NCBI GenBank assembly: GCA_028534125.1
Contig: CM052816.1
Span: forward strand, 91,700,001-91,764,000
Length of the DNA: 64,000 nt
Reading direction: 5' to 3'
DNA from: Lama glama
Lineage: Eukaryota
Shown: positions 51,446-63,717 of the stretch, one piece after another
Numbering within the stretch: the stretch's first letter is position 1
Layout: the number at the start of each line of letters is the position of its first letter
The notes under the pieces: generated by a model
What the model saw: the letters and a program-made list of their open reading frames with translations, nothing else
Told to the model about the DNA's origin: nothing
Database searches by the model: none
Program-made: the position numbers and the translations under genes

Positions 51446-52659
51446 ACATAAATAAAAATAATCCAGCAAAGTCAAAGTCTTAGGGGTAGTGTATGTCATA
51501 CATTATTTTCCAGCCTTGAATATCTAGAACAATCATTTATGTTATTATTTGGACAATTAAAATATGACTGTTTTGTGATAATTTTCCATTGTGGTCCCAA
51601 AACATTACTGCTCTTGACTATTTTGCCAATCTGTCTCCCAAACCAGACTGTAAACTCTTTAACAACCAGGACCCAATCCTTAAGTCCATTCACTCACTCA
51701 ACAAATGAGAGGCAGACACTTTCCTAGGGGCTGCAGACACAAGCTGTACAAAACAGGAACCATTCTCATCCTCTGGTGAACGTGGGTTATTCTCACATTC
51801 ATTAATTTAATCTCGTTAACAACTTAATTTGCCAAACACTATTGAAGACAAAAGGAATGTAACAATAACAAAGAGGAATTCCTGCCCTCGTGGGTTCATG
51901 TTCTTGTGTACATGAGCTTCAATGTGCACGTTACACTACTTAGCCTCTCACGTGGAGATCGTCAATACATATTTAAGGATTTGATGTCAAAACACGTTAA
52001 GGTGGGAGGGAGTTAGATAATAATGTGTTTATGAAAATTCAATGCAATTTTCCTTCAACCACAGAAGCTTGTGAGAATGTAAAATCAGATGGGGCCAGCC
52101 CTGAAGCTCTGATCATCATGATTCTTTTTAATCCATTTAAACCAGATAAAAAATGCCAAATAATTTTTTTTTTTTTACGTAATCCACCCTACCAATTTGA
52201 ACAAACTGCCTTTGCATAGAAATCTGCTTTATGCCTAAGATCACTACTGGGATTGAAAAGAGAGAGAAAAAGCCTGGGGATGAGAAACTAGGTAAGACAA
52301 AAAGGACAAAGGGGACTGAACAAACACAAGCCTGCCCTTGGAGAGCTCTCGTAACGGACACAGCGTTTCAGACATGTGATTTCATTCACGAAGCATTTTA
52401 AGCAGTTTAATATGTTACCCTGTCAGATGACAAAGAGCATTCTGGATTTAAAAAATAAATAAAAACATGCAGCCTAGTCTCCAGAAGAATTTAACTTCAA
52501 CTAAGGGATGAAACAGAAGAAATGCTGTATCTTGGACACGACTGATGGGAGATGGAAAACTGTCAGAGGATTTGAATCTAATTCTTGGATTTGAAATTAC
52601 CACATGGAGTTCTGCATTACAGCTGTTTTCTGTAATTGTCTTTCAGAATCCCCATGTCA

Positions 52660-52801
52660 GGGGAGGGTGGGTATAGCTCAGTGGTAGAGCACATGCTTAT
52701 CAAGCATGAGGCCATGGGTTCAATCCCCAGTACCTCCATTAAATAAAAATAAATAAACAACCCTAATTACCTTCCCCCCCAAAACAAAACAAACAAAAAA
52801 A
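52660..52801 (+). mobile_element. tRNA-derived camelid-type SINE (Vic-1-like, long form)
   Basis: ggggagggtgggtatagctcagtggtagagc (A box), gggttcaatccccag (B box), 3' 'ccctaattaccttccccccc' and A-rich tail; degenerate TSD aatccccatgtca/aatccctgtca. Confidence 0.9.
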
Positions 52802-52935
52802 TTTTTTAAATCCCTGTCAAAGGTGAAGATTCTACCTGAATCATCTCAAAGAAAACTTTTTTACCTAAAAGAATTGCCTTAGATTCAAAGGTCAAAATAC
52901 ATATGTTACAGTTTTATAGTTTCTGTAACTCACAT

Positions 52936-53022
52936 AGAAAGAATGAAAAAAAAGGAAAGAAAGGAAAGAAGGAAGGAAAGAAGAAAGGAAGAAAGAAAGA
53001 AAAGGAGAGAAAGAAAGAATAA

Positions 53023-53077
<55 letters not shown>
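52936..53077. repeat. (GAAA)n / purine-rich microsatellite
   Basis: Seen directly. Confidence 0.97.
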
Positions 53078-53134
53078 CGAGCAATAAAAAAAGAGTCCTG
53101 CCATTGAATTACAGAACTTGAAGTCTTTGAATAT

Positions 53135-53250
53135 CAAAGTTAGAGAGGCCATCATGACAGTCTCTCATTTTATAAATAAGGGAACTGAGGTCCTGAGAGA
53201 CTGAAGGATTTCCCTAAGTCACCAAGTTCCTGGGCAGCACAAGCAAAATC
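53135..53250 (-). mobile_element. MIR-family fragment
   Basis: 'ctcattttataaataagggaactgaggtcctgagaga...ccctaagtcac'. Confidence 0.7.
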
Positions 53251-54790
53251 TCAACTGGATGCCCTGAAGAGTGACCTCTTCCCCCTCCAGAAAGAGCCGC
53301 TGTCTTTGTCCTCTTCCTCCTCTCTGTTCACCCATCTCACTGCACTCTCAGCATATTTTGCCAAAACTCCACCCAGAACCAGCAGGAGCAGCAAAAGGAG
53401 CAGGAATCCAGGCCACTGAAGGACGGAGAACACAGTGGAGTCAAGTGTCACTGCAATGCCAGCTTACCCCTCAGGGCTGACGGTATAAACCAGGACCTGC
53501 CACTGCCTGAGTGTGACCTTGTTTATCTGCCATGCACAATATAAGGTGGTCATATCCTTGTGTTCTGGGGGAAAATATAATTGCATTTGTTATCGTATGT
53601 CTCCAGGCCATTAATGTTATATACTTGTTGAGTTACAGTGAGCTCACTGTCACTTAGGAGACTGAATTGGACGTTATCTTATTAAAAAATTTTACTATTA
53701 AAAATAAAATTCCAACACTTCCACTTTTGAATCAAATAGGTCACATCCTTCAGAATCAGCACCTGTTTATTTCCACCTAGCTTCTGGCCTCAGCACACTA
53801 CACCAAGTCCCGTTCTCTGAAGGCCAGACACCCTCTGCGTTTGTTTCTGTGAGGATCCCTCATCTCTTTCAATGACCCCATTTTGGTTTGTGCTCGTCTG
53901 CATGGACCTCACTTTCTTTACTCCTCAAGCGCGCCTGCCTCTATGCTCCAGGGTACTGCCCTCCATTCTCTGGGGCAGCTCCTTCCCAAGGCTGTGATGT
54001 TCCATCCACTTAACTATCTTCCTCCCAACCTGGGAGTCTTGAGGTCCATCCACATTCCTGTCCTCGTCAGCACAATGTCCGACACATAGAAATGCTCAGT
54101 AAATACACAGTAAAGGAATAAATAGTTTGAAGAACATTTTCATTATAATTGCCTATTTCATGAGGAGTATCTTACAACCCATGGATTTCTTGTTACTTTC
54201 TTTCTCACGCATTCTTTTTCACATCGCGCCCTTGTGCTATACTGTACCAATTATCATGTTCCAACAATGGAATTTTCTCCCCCTGGATCTAGCTCCTCAA
54301 TTAAACTGAGAGTTTCTCTTAAGCTGTTTAACCCGAGTGTGTGCAGCCAGGCAGTAAATATTTGAGAACTATTTTTACATTAATTAATTGGTTAGTACAC
54401 AAATGCGAGAACTGAAGCATGGCAGTGAACGTAAGCTGTAGCCAAAAGGAAACCATTACAAGTGAGAAAACCCAACGACTTGATGAGGAACAGCCAGTAA
54501 ATTCTGAGACTGAGTGATAATATATGTGCCACTCTGCCTGAAACTACCGTTTTCCACTGAAGGTCTGAATATTTACGTGGGATGTCATCACTAGTCTTTG
54601 GACTATTGGAGTGTTACTCAGCTTAGATTCTCATACTTCTCTTTGATGACCACTGACCCAGAGACACAAACAATAGTAGATCTCTCAAGAGAATATGCAA
54701 CCCTTCTCTGATAATCTGGAAATCAAGGCTTCAGTCTTAGTGGACGCTGGACGAACCAAAAAGATATGATGAAAAGAAACAGTATTTCTC

Positions 54791-55058
54791 GTAGAAAACA
54801 AAGTTATGGTTACTAAAGGGGGAGTGGGGAGGGATAAACAGGGAGTATGGGATTAATAGAGGCACCCTACCATATATAAAATAGGTAAACAACGATTTAC
54901 TGTATTGCACAGGAATTATATTAAATATATTATAATAAAGTATAATGGAAAAGAATTTTAAAAGAATATAGATATATACATATATGTATAACCAAATCAC
55001 TTTGCTATATACCTGTAATGAACACAAAATTGTACATCAACTATACTCCCCAAAAAAA
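54791..55058 (+). mobile_element. L1 3'UTR fragment (cetartiodactyl-type)
   Basis: 'agaaaacaaagttatggttactaaagggg...gggagtatgggattaa...caactatactcc' plus A tail; weak TSD (atttctc). Confidence 0.88.
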
Positions 55059-56560
55059 GTTCGGAAATAATTTCTCTCTATCTTCAACTTGACCTTGAGA
55101 AAAGTTCACAGACATCATCTGCATCCAGTCACACTCCTCCTAAATCTAGATCCATACATGCCATACAAACATTAAAATATTTGGGAATTCATATAAAAAT
55201 GCTTTCTATGAGACAATAATTTAGGCAAAATACTTTGTGGACCAGACTGGCAAGGAATCATCAAAAATCTGTACCTCACTTTACACGCAACATCACCAGA
55301 GAGGCAAAAATACTGCATGGAATATTGCAAACTAAATGCAGATCAGTGACAATGACACTGTAGAGAAAAAGTCCCACTGGACCACAAGTGTAAGTAAAAA
55401 ACTCAAAGGAAACTATGCACGGATTATAAATTGTTCACATAGCAACCACATTTCCTTTTTTTAAAAAATGCATTACTTGACACAGCCAACTACACAGTAA
55501 AAATTATAAATTCCACTCAACATGCAACTCAGCGATCCCGAGACACACTTATTCATACTTAGACTGCTGTGACCCCACTTGCCAGAGAAAGGACTAAATG
55601 ACAAAACTATCGTTTTAAGTCACACATCGTCCAATTCCTTCCTTCAGCATGAGCAGCTATGCAAACAAGCACTGGCAGACTCCACTTATTATCCTACTTA
55701 AAGACATGCAATTTGAATTATCTTAGTCTCCAAAATCAGAAAATTGGTTCCATGAAGAAGCCTGCAATTACTTGGAAACGACCAGGGATTAACAACATAT
55801 GTATTATTGAGCGTGTCTGCAGCGAAGAGCTCCATTCGCTTCAGTCCATCTCTATTTTATCTGTATTCTAGCTTGAAAGGCGGACTTTTCAACATGCCAT
55901 TTTTATCAAATGCATGGCCTCTTGAAACCCTCAGAGGCCCGGGTGAGCTCGTATTCGCATTTTGATTCCACTTCAAGCAGAGCTTTTGCCCCGATTAATG
56001 AAAAGAAAACAGTCATAATGAGAGCAAATGACCCAATTTTCATCATCCCTTTGATAATGAAATAGTGGAAAAATGAAAACATCAAAACTGTGCTTAATTT
56101 TATAAAAAACTGTTCTTAAGAGAAGCTTTAATTTTCTTTAAGAGCATGGGACGATTAAGTAAACAAGTGTAATGTGTGAACACCACTTACCTGCCCCGGC
56201 CGAAACAGAGGGAAGCGTGGTAGCAGAGCACTGTGAAGACACTGCACATAGTTACACGTGCTTATTACATAAGTTTTATGGAGTCATAACTTATTATTTA
56301 CCCAGTACATTCAGTAAAACAGCAATTAAGTGGCTGCTTCTGGTAGGGTCCCTCAGCGAGGGTATTTCCTGCAAAGTGGTAATTAATACAGATCCCAAGG
56401 CACAATCTCATACTTCCTAAGTCAGACTCTGGAGGTCGAGTTAAAGAAACCTGTAATTTTAGCTTGTTTCTCAAGAGACCTTTAAAGAGTCATGCTGAAC
56501 CAGTCACTGACTCTGATTTCAGAACCCCTGACCTTTTCGAGCCCACCCCCTTCCTCCTTC

Positions 56561-56996
56561 TGCTGTGGGCAAATTGTGTCTTCCAAAAAGATATGTGGAG
56601 ATTCTAACTTCCAGGACCTCAGAATGTGACCTGTATTGGGAAGTAGGATTTTTGCAGAGGTGATTGGTTTAGGAAAGATGAGGTCATACTGGAGTGGAAA
56701 AGGATCCTTAGTCTATATGACTGATGTCCTTTCACAAGAAGAAAGAGACAGGGGGACCACCATGGGTGACAGAGGCACAGAACGGGGTGACTGCAGCTAC
56801 AAGCCAAGGAACACGAAGGCTCAGTGGATACCACCGGAGGCCAGGAAGGGACAAAGAAGCTTTCCATGCGGGCTCAGAGGGGAAACAGCCCTGCTGACGC
56901 CTTCGTGATGGACCTCTAGTCTCCAGTTGTTGTCCATTGTTTTAAGTCACCTGGCTTGCGGTACACTTTGTTCTGGCAGCCCAGGAAGCTAATGTA
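56561..56996 (+). mobile_element. MLT1C-like MaLR solo LTR
   Basis: 'tgctgtgggcaaattgtgtc...acctcagaatgtgacct...gatgaggtcatactggagt...gcagcccaggaagctaat'. Confidence 0.88.
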
Positions 56997-57159
56997 TCTC
57001 TCAATTACACAATAGGAAAAAGATTCAGGGAGTGAACGGTAGAAGTTGACATTCAACCTGGGTCAACTTCTTCTACTAGAGGATCCTTCCCAAGCCTCAC
57101 AGAGACCTGGCTGTTCCTTCTCTCTCACGTGGACAACTACAGTTTACCTCCTCGTCTAG

Positions 57160-57310
57160 TTATGATCAAAGTATGATTTGAGCACACCTACCTCAGAACC
57201 AGTCGGGGAATGTTTAATGAAAAAAATGCATGTTCCTGAGTCCCTCTGTGCCCTACCGCCTCATAGCCCCCTGCAGGGAGAGTACAAGAATCTGCATAGT
57301 TAAAAAGAAG
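57160..57310. mobile_element. MER5-like MITE remnant
   Basis: 'cctacctcagaacca...aaaatgcatgttcctgagtccc...aagaatctgcat'. Confidence 0.4.
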
Positions 57311-58559
57311 GCTAGGCTGCTCTAGCAAATAAATAGAACAGTTTTCCTACCCTGTCTAAAAGAAGACAGTTTGCGGATTAACTTGATCCAGAGTTAATTG
57401 AGCATTATTCAAGGAATTCTTTGATTTAACCTTTGTTGTGGAAAACTGCTACACACTTTCAGCCCAGACTCCTTCTTCAGTAACCAAACTCAATAATGTT
57501 AATTATGAGTCACTGTATAGCAAACACATTTGAGCTCTATGAATCTTAAAGAAGTGAAAGTAAGAAAGTGAATCCTTTTTTAATTAGAGACAACAATATT
57601 GTCGACTAGAATCTATCATCACTATTTCAAATAAAATAGTCTTCTATATTTACCAAAAAAAAAAACACACACCATCTTCATTTCGTTCATTTCATTATTG
57701 ACTAGTAAAGACAAAAGAGATTTTCTTTAGAACCACTAGCCTAGTTCTGAAGTTCTTAACTAGGCATGATGACCCCTTGGATAAACTAATAAAATGTCAG
57801 TGTGCTCCCCAAATGTACATGTGCATATGCAAAATTTATGTGCAACTTAGAAATCAAGGTTAAAGTCAAGATTTAGATTTAGGTGATGGCTACTAAGTTA
57901 GAATGAGAACTGACTCTACGTTGTTCTAGAATTTGTCATGCTTTCATAATAATCCTTGATAACTATTTAAAAAATAACTACCAGTTATTTTTTTTAAGAA
58001 ATTACAGATGATCTGTTTTTCAGTGATTTTTATTAAAGGACCCCCTTTCTATTGCTTTTTTCTTGGCTTCTGCTTACATTCCCTGTGTCTCAACTTCTGG
58101 AAAACACATTAAAAGTCAGGAAGGAATATTTTGCTTTCACATTGCAACTTCCCATGTTATTATAAGTGTTCTGAATCATCACCAAATTTCCCTCTAAAAT
58201 ATAAGTGAGGAGGTAGGTCTCAAGAGAATATTGCTATTTTACCCTAATAACAAGTTGGAAATAATTGGTAAATTTTTTATAAAATCCAAAACAGCATTGG
58301 CTTTAAAGTAGAAATTTGATTTCTTTGCTCATTTTTAAACACATTATGAGGAAAAGAAAAACACAGTATTTCACAATTTTGCTTTTCAGGAAAGTTTTTA
58401 AGATAAGAGAGAGGCAAATGAGTTTCTCTGATAGCTTAATTAAGCTTTGTGTATATAGATAGTCTGCTAACTCTTAAGAAAAATGTTTTTGTCACCTCCA
58501 GCATTCTGTCCCCACTCCCCCAACTCTCCCCACTTCCAATTTATGTCTCCTTACCTCAA

Positions 58560-59090
58560 GCCTAGAATCTAGAAATAGACTGTGAGGAGATATCTCTGCT
58601 CATTCAACTTCTTATTATCCCTAGAGATACTATACACTATTGTTATATTAATCTCATAGCACTTTTTCAATCTTATCATTCGTTGGCTCAAAAACTTACG
58701 TTTGCTCTCCAGTTGCCTTCAAAATTAAATGTAACTTCTTGGTTCAGACGCTTCAGACCCTTTCAAATGTGTCACCAAAAAGTATCCTTCGCTCAGTCTT
58801 CCTCGATGAGTTTCTCTCTTCCACTCACGTTCTATTCTTGAATTTGTGTTATGCTTTTAGACTTCCTAGACCTTGCAGTTTTATCATCACTTGGTCCTGG
58901 CATTATTTCTCCGTCAATCTTCACCTAACCAGAGAGGATCTATTCCCTATGGCCCAACAGAAATACCAACTTCAGAAATCACTCAGGTCCCCTGGAGGGC
59001 AGGATCTCACACTTAGATCCATCTTGATAGCATGGTGCCTGCAACTTACAGATCTTCCCATAACCTGCCTCGTGCTGAGTTACCAGTAAG
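58560..59090 (+). mobile_element. Degraded L2 fragment
   Basis: 'tcttatcattcgttggctcaaaaacttacgtttgctctccagttgccttc'. Confidence 0.45.
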
Positions 59091-59127
59091 TTTCTCCTGC
59101 ATGCTCTGCTTTTTTTGGTAAAAGCCT

Positions 59128-59400
59128 ATTCATTCATTCACTCATTCAACACAAATATTCACTGATTATCTACTATTTGCTAAACAATGGAGATATAAAA
59201 CTTAAACAAACCTTCACATGTAAGGGCAAAATTGTTATGACAAAGGTATACAGGTGCATGGAAAAAGGTACAGTTGGCACTGAAGCCATGCAGGATGGAG
59301 AAAAGGCCTCCAAAGAAGGGATCCCTAATTGAAACTAGCATTCATCCCATGAAGAGGATGAGATTCCAGGAAGAGGGAATGGTTCTACAGGCTCTCAATG
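59128..59400 (-). mobile_element. L2 3' end
   Basis: 'ttcattcattcactcattcaacacaaatattcactgattatctactatttgc'. Confidence 0.7.
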
Positions 59401-60066
59401 CCCATCTTAGAATTAATATAGATCTCATTCTAACAGAAATCAGCATTGAAGCCATTTTGAAAAGGAAAAATCCGCTCTAGTTTACAAAGCCATGTTAAAA
59501 GGATACCTTTTAATAGAAAACTCCTTTTAAAACTCCAATATTGGTAAAATTATACCACAAGTGGTATTCTAATGAAGCTGGAGACAGTTGCATGGGATGA
59601 TTACAGTAGAAAATTACGTTTGTACACGTGGCGAGCAGAGGATTGTCTTAATCAATGACTAGGTGGAGATTCAACTTATAGGACAAAGAGTAATTGAAAA
59701 AAAACCAGGTCACATCATGATTTTATTTATTTTAAATTCTAGAATGTGTCTGGAAACTCTTCTAATTTAAAACAATCCCTTTCCTCCCTTTCAAGCCCAA
59801 TGTGTAACACTGCAGAGAGAAAACTGACATTTAGAAAGACAACTACAACTTTAAAGCATGACGATGATCATTTCATGCTTAAAAAATACTAAATTATGTA
59901 TTCTGAGGCAGTAAAATGTACTAGTGCTTTTTGGAATGATGAAAGAACTTGAAATTGCAGTTAACCCCAGCATGCCATATGTATTCCAATAAAGCAGGGT
60001 TTCATTCCCAGACAGCAAGAATTTGGGGCCAAACGTATTCAGGAGGACAAGGATAAGAAACAGGGG

Positions 60067-60202
60067 GAAGAAAAAACGAACAAAAGTATATATATGCATG
60101 ACTGGGGCATTGTGCTGTACATCAGAAATTGACACATTGTAACGGACTGTACTCCAATAATAAATGAATTAATTAATTTAATTTTTTGAAATATTTAAAA
60201 AA
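60067..60202 (+). mobile_element. Very short camelid-type L1 3' tip
   Basis: 'atgcatgactggggcattgtgctgtacatcagaaattgacacattgtaac'; TSD aagaaacagggg (60055-60066) / aagaaatagagg (60203-60214). Confidence 0.85.
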
Positions 60203-60449
60203 AAGAAATAGAGGCACAAAGGATGAGGGGTGGCAAAAAGATGCAAAGGCAACCTTGTGCTTGGCCTGAGTACTCTTTCTGCATGCCTTTTATGCAGAAA
60301 TCTTGCAAAGATTTCTGCACTGCAATTACATCAGGCTTAAGCAAAGAACAGAAGCAGACCTGGTATTTTGCAGGACAGAGAAACGAACTGCAACTGAAGC
60401 TCGACTCTCCAACCCTGGGCCCGTCATTAGTACCATCACTTTTTTGGAA

Positions 60450-60680
60450 TAGAGGCTAGGAGCTTGAGTTCTGGAATTAGACAGGTTGGGTTGATCCCAA
60501 CTCCAACTTTTATAGGTTGTGTAATAATCTCTCTGGCTATGATTTTCCCATCTGTAACATGGAGATAATAAAACTTACTTGAGAGTATTTGTTGGGAGAC
60601 ACAGAGATAATCCATACAAAGTACTCTGCATGATGACCGACACACAGTGAGAAATCCACAGATCACAGCTGTTGTGATGT
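60450..60680 (+). mobile_element. MIR SINE
   Basis: 'ttctggaattagacaggttgggtt...ttttcccatctgtaacatggagataataa...gagataatccatacaaagtac'. Confidence 0.8.
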
Positions 60681-63600
60681 AAGAAATCACCCCGGTGCTT
60701 GACCTAGATGTGCAAATACTTTAACTACATATTCATATTCATAATCAGTCAATGGACCTCTTCAGACAAACTTAGGAGGGCCCCTTGTTCTCAAAAGGAC
60801 CATCATTTGGAACTGATTCGGCCTCTGGCCAAAGACCTTCAACACAGTGCAAGGGCATATTGCAGACTTGCTACAAAGCAAGTGGGGACAGGCTGCAAAG
60901 AGCCCTGGAGCTGGGGGACTTGCAGACTTAAACACTCTCCCCTCCCGAGGCCCTGAATGCTCCCACTGACTTTTATTTCCTCCCAGCCTGGGTGTCCAGG
61001 GAGAGTCTGAAACGGGGAGTTGTTCTCTGAGAGGACTCTTATTCATGCTTTAGGACTATGCACACCTCAAATGCAAAAGCCGCAGATGAAAGGCAGATGG
61101 AAGTCATTTGTAAAGTTCAAGGTCATCTTTCCTTTTTATTTCCTTTAAATCTAAAAGTTAAAAGTTATTAATTATATCACAAGTCTGAAAAAGAATTCCC
61201 CTAATCCTGGCCTTTATCGACTTGGGTTAGCCACGAAGGCAGTAATTTCTGTTTTTTTGTTTACTTTTGAGTCGGTCTGTTGCCTATGCTTAAATTTTCT
61301 TGTTAAAGCTCTCTGTTTTATAGCTAATCACATTTTTATAGCAGGCATGAAGCTCTCTACAAGGCCCTTGCTGAGCTGTTCCTGTAAATCAAAACCTTCC
61401 TCGGCTGTTCTTGTAGCTGGCAGTGCAACAGGGTTAGTTTTACCATTTATGGTTGCAAAGTCCATCCAGATTTTTTTTTTAGTTCCCTTTAGCTTTTTGT
61501 TTTTTTCTCTCTTCAGCTCCCTCCCCTCCTCCTGACTTAAAAATGTATATTCCAGGCTTAGCTAAAACATGTATGAATAGATTATTTCATTCCTTACCAC
61601 GGCACATTAATAAAGGTGTCAGAATGACAGAGGATGCTTGGCTTACATCCCTGTGTCCCAGACCCATTCCTCGAGGGTAGGCTGCTGCTATTCCGGAAAA
61701 GATGATCTGATCTTTTGGGCTCCTGGAAGCTGACCTCCAAAGTCTATTTAAAGCATTAAAACACTTTCTAGTAAAACACAGAGTGGACAGGGCACTTAAA
61801 CACATCCTGTCTTCTTAGGCTACTCACACTTCAGCACTGTCATTGCTGCCATGCCTGTGTCCAGCTGGGGACAAAGGGAGCCCAGACATTTAACCCTTGA
61901 TGGCTTCACTAGAGGACTCCAAGCATCAATGTCTCATCTGTGTTGACACTAGTGTTCAAAATTGCCCCACTATTTTGCTAGTTATGGTGAGGTTAAGATG
62001 AAAGAAGGTGTAAAGATTTATGAAAAAATTAAAAGAAGATGTATATATGCAAAGGAGAGCTATTTTTAAAGAGTTAGTTAAAAGAAATCTATGGAATAAG
62101 AGAATATGGATCCTACTTCAAATTTACAAAAGAAAGACCCCCTCCAAAGGCACTAGGAGGAAACTATTCCCATGAGAATAGAAAAGGGTAATGACCAGAT
62201 GGCTTTGGGCTATCAGTGAATCCCACACTTGGTGGCATCCACAGTCACCCATTCTGAATGTCCCAGGTGGCTCAGTTTACAGAAAACAAGAATTTGCTTT
62301 CTGGTTCCAGTAACTGACCAAACTAAGACCCCAGGAGAAGGGGTCACAGTTCTGACATCAGGAGTTCTCCTTCTCCAAGGAATGGGCAGCAGTGCTGTCC
62401 AAGCCAGGTGCTGGGCAAGACCCTGGCATCATAACAATGAGCAAGACATTGTCACTGCCTTGGTCCTGATGGAGTTCGTGGGCCCTTTTTTTGAGCTCTG
62501 GTCTCCAGCTGGTTCATAGGACCAAGATGCAACTCAAACATGATTAAGCAGAAGGGAATATATTGACTCCAGGAAGGAAGGGTGGTAGGTGACAGAACGG
62601 AAAGAGGAGCTGGACAGCAACGGCTCAGAGGCCGGAGCTGGGCTCTCACAGAGTCAGCTCTCTACTTTTCCTTTCTCTCTCCCTTCCCCTCTTCTTCAGG
62701 AGGCTAGCTGTGTTGTGATTTACCCTGAGTTTCAAGGTCTCTGATGGGTATTTGCTTGGCCTAATTCTCTTAGAATGATCCAGGGAAACCTAAAGAAAGC
62801 CTTATCATTCCATCCTCATCTGGGGTGAAATCAACTGAGAGGAGGGAAATCTGGGAGTCAATGTCATTTCAAGGAGGCAGTAAACCCAGAGGGACTCCCC
62901 ACACCACTAAGTTTCGATGATAATGGAAGATCGATGAAACATGGGTGGTTTCGGTTTCTGACAAACAGTTGTGATTAGATTAGGCTGATGCCAGGTGATG
63001 GAGGATTTGTGTTCTGGGCGTGTCTGCAATAGCTGTGGGTAGAGCTGGTGATGTCCATGTGGGGAGGTGGTCAGGGCAGGAGAGTGTGGGCACAGAGCGG
63101 GGACCCTCAGGTTAGCCTGCTCGAATTGGAATCTAGGTTTTCTTCTCTTTCATAGGTATGAGAGCCTACACCCTGTTAAATCTCTCTGTATCTGTTTCCT
63201 CATCTGTAAAGTGAGTAAATCTCAACACAGATAGCCTCAAAGTGCTCATCTCCCCTGTCTGATGGTGCCTGGAACCTAAACACATTCAAGGAAAGAAAGT
63301 GGACAAAAGGAAACCACCATCGGGGGGAAACTTCCGCCACTGAAGCACAACATGCAGTTTCTGGGACTTCCTGGGGCGAAGCAACCTCCAAAAGAACAGG
63401 AAAACCTGCCAGAGGAGACTGAACTCGTTGCCTGCCTACAAAAGGAACAGGAGGACGGGAGGTGCAGGATGCCAGCAGATTAGCAGGGAAGCTTTAGAGA
63501 GACACCTGGCACGAGCACGTTTAGAACTTTAAGGGTAAAGGTGAGAAATAGTCGGTCCTCACTGTTGGCTACATCAAGTAAAACATCAAGTGGGTTTATG

Positions 63601-63717
63601 ATTCTCCTCTTAGAGGCAAATAACACCACTCAGCAATGCTTCTCTGGTGTCACCTGTCCTGTGTTGTCCTGAAGAAAAGCAGGTGGGAAAGCCTGCCCCC
63701 AAAGGGTGATGGGAATT

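Noticed and set aside
52660..52740. tRNA gene (also 4265-4343)
   Set aside because: A/B boxes are present, but the A-rich tail, TSD and lack of a proper cloverleaf indicate a SINE
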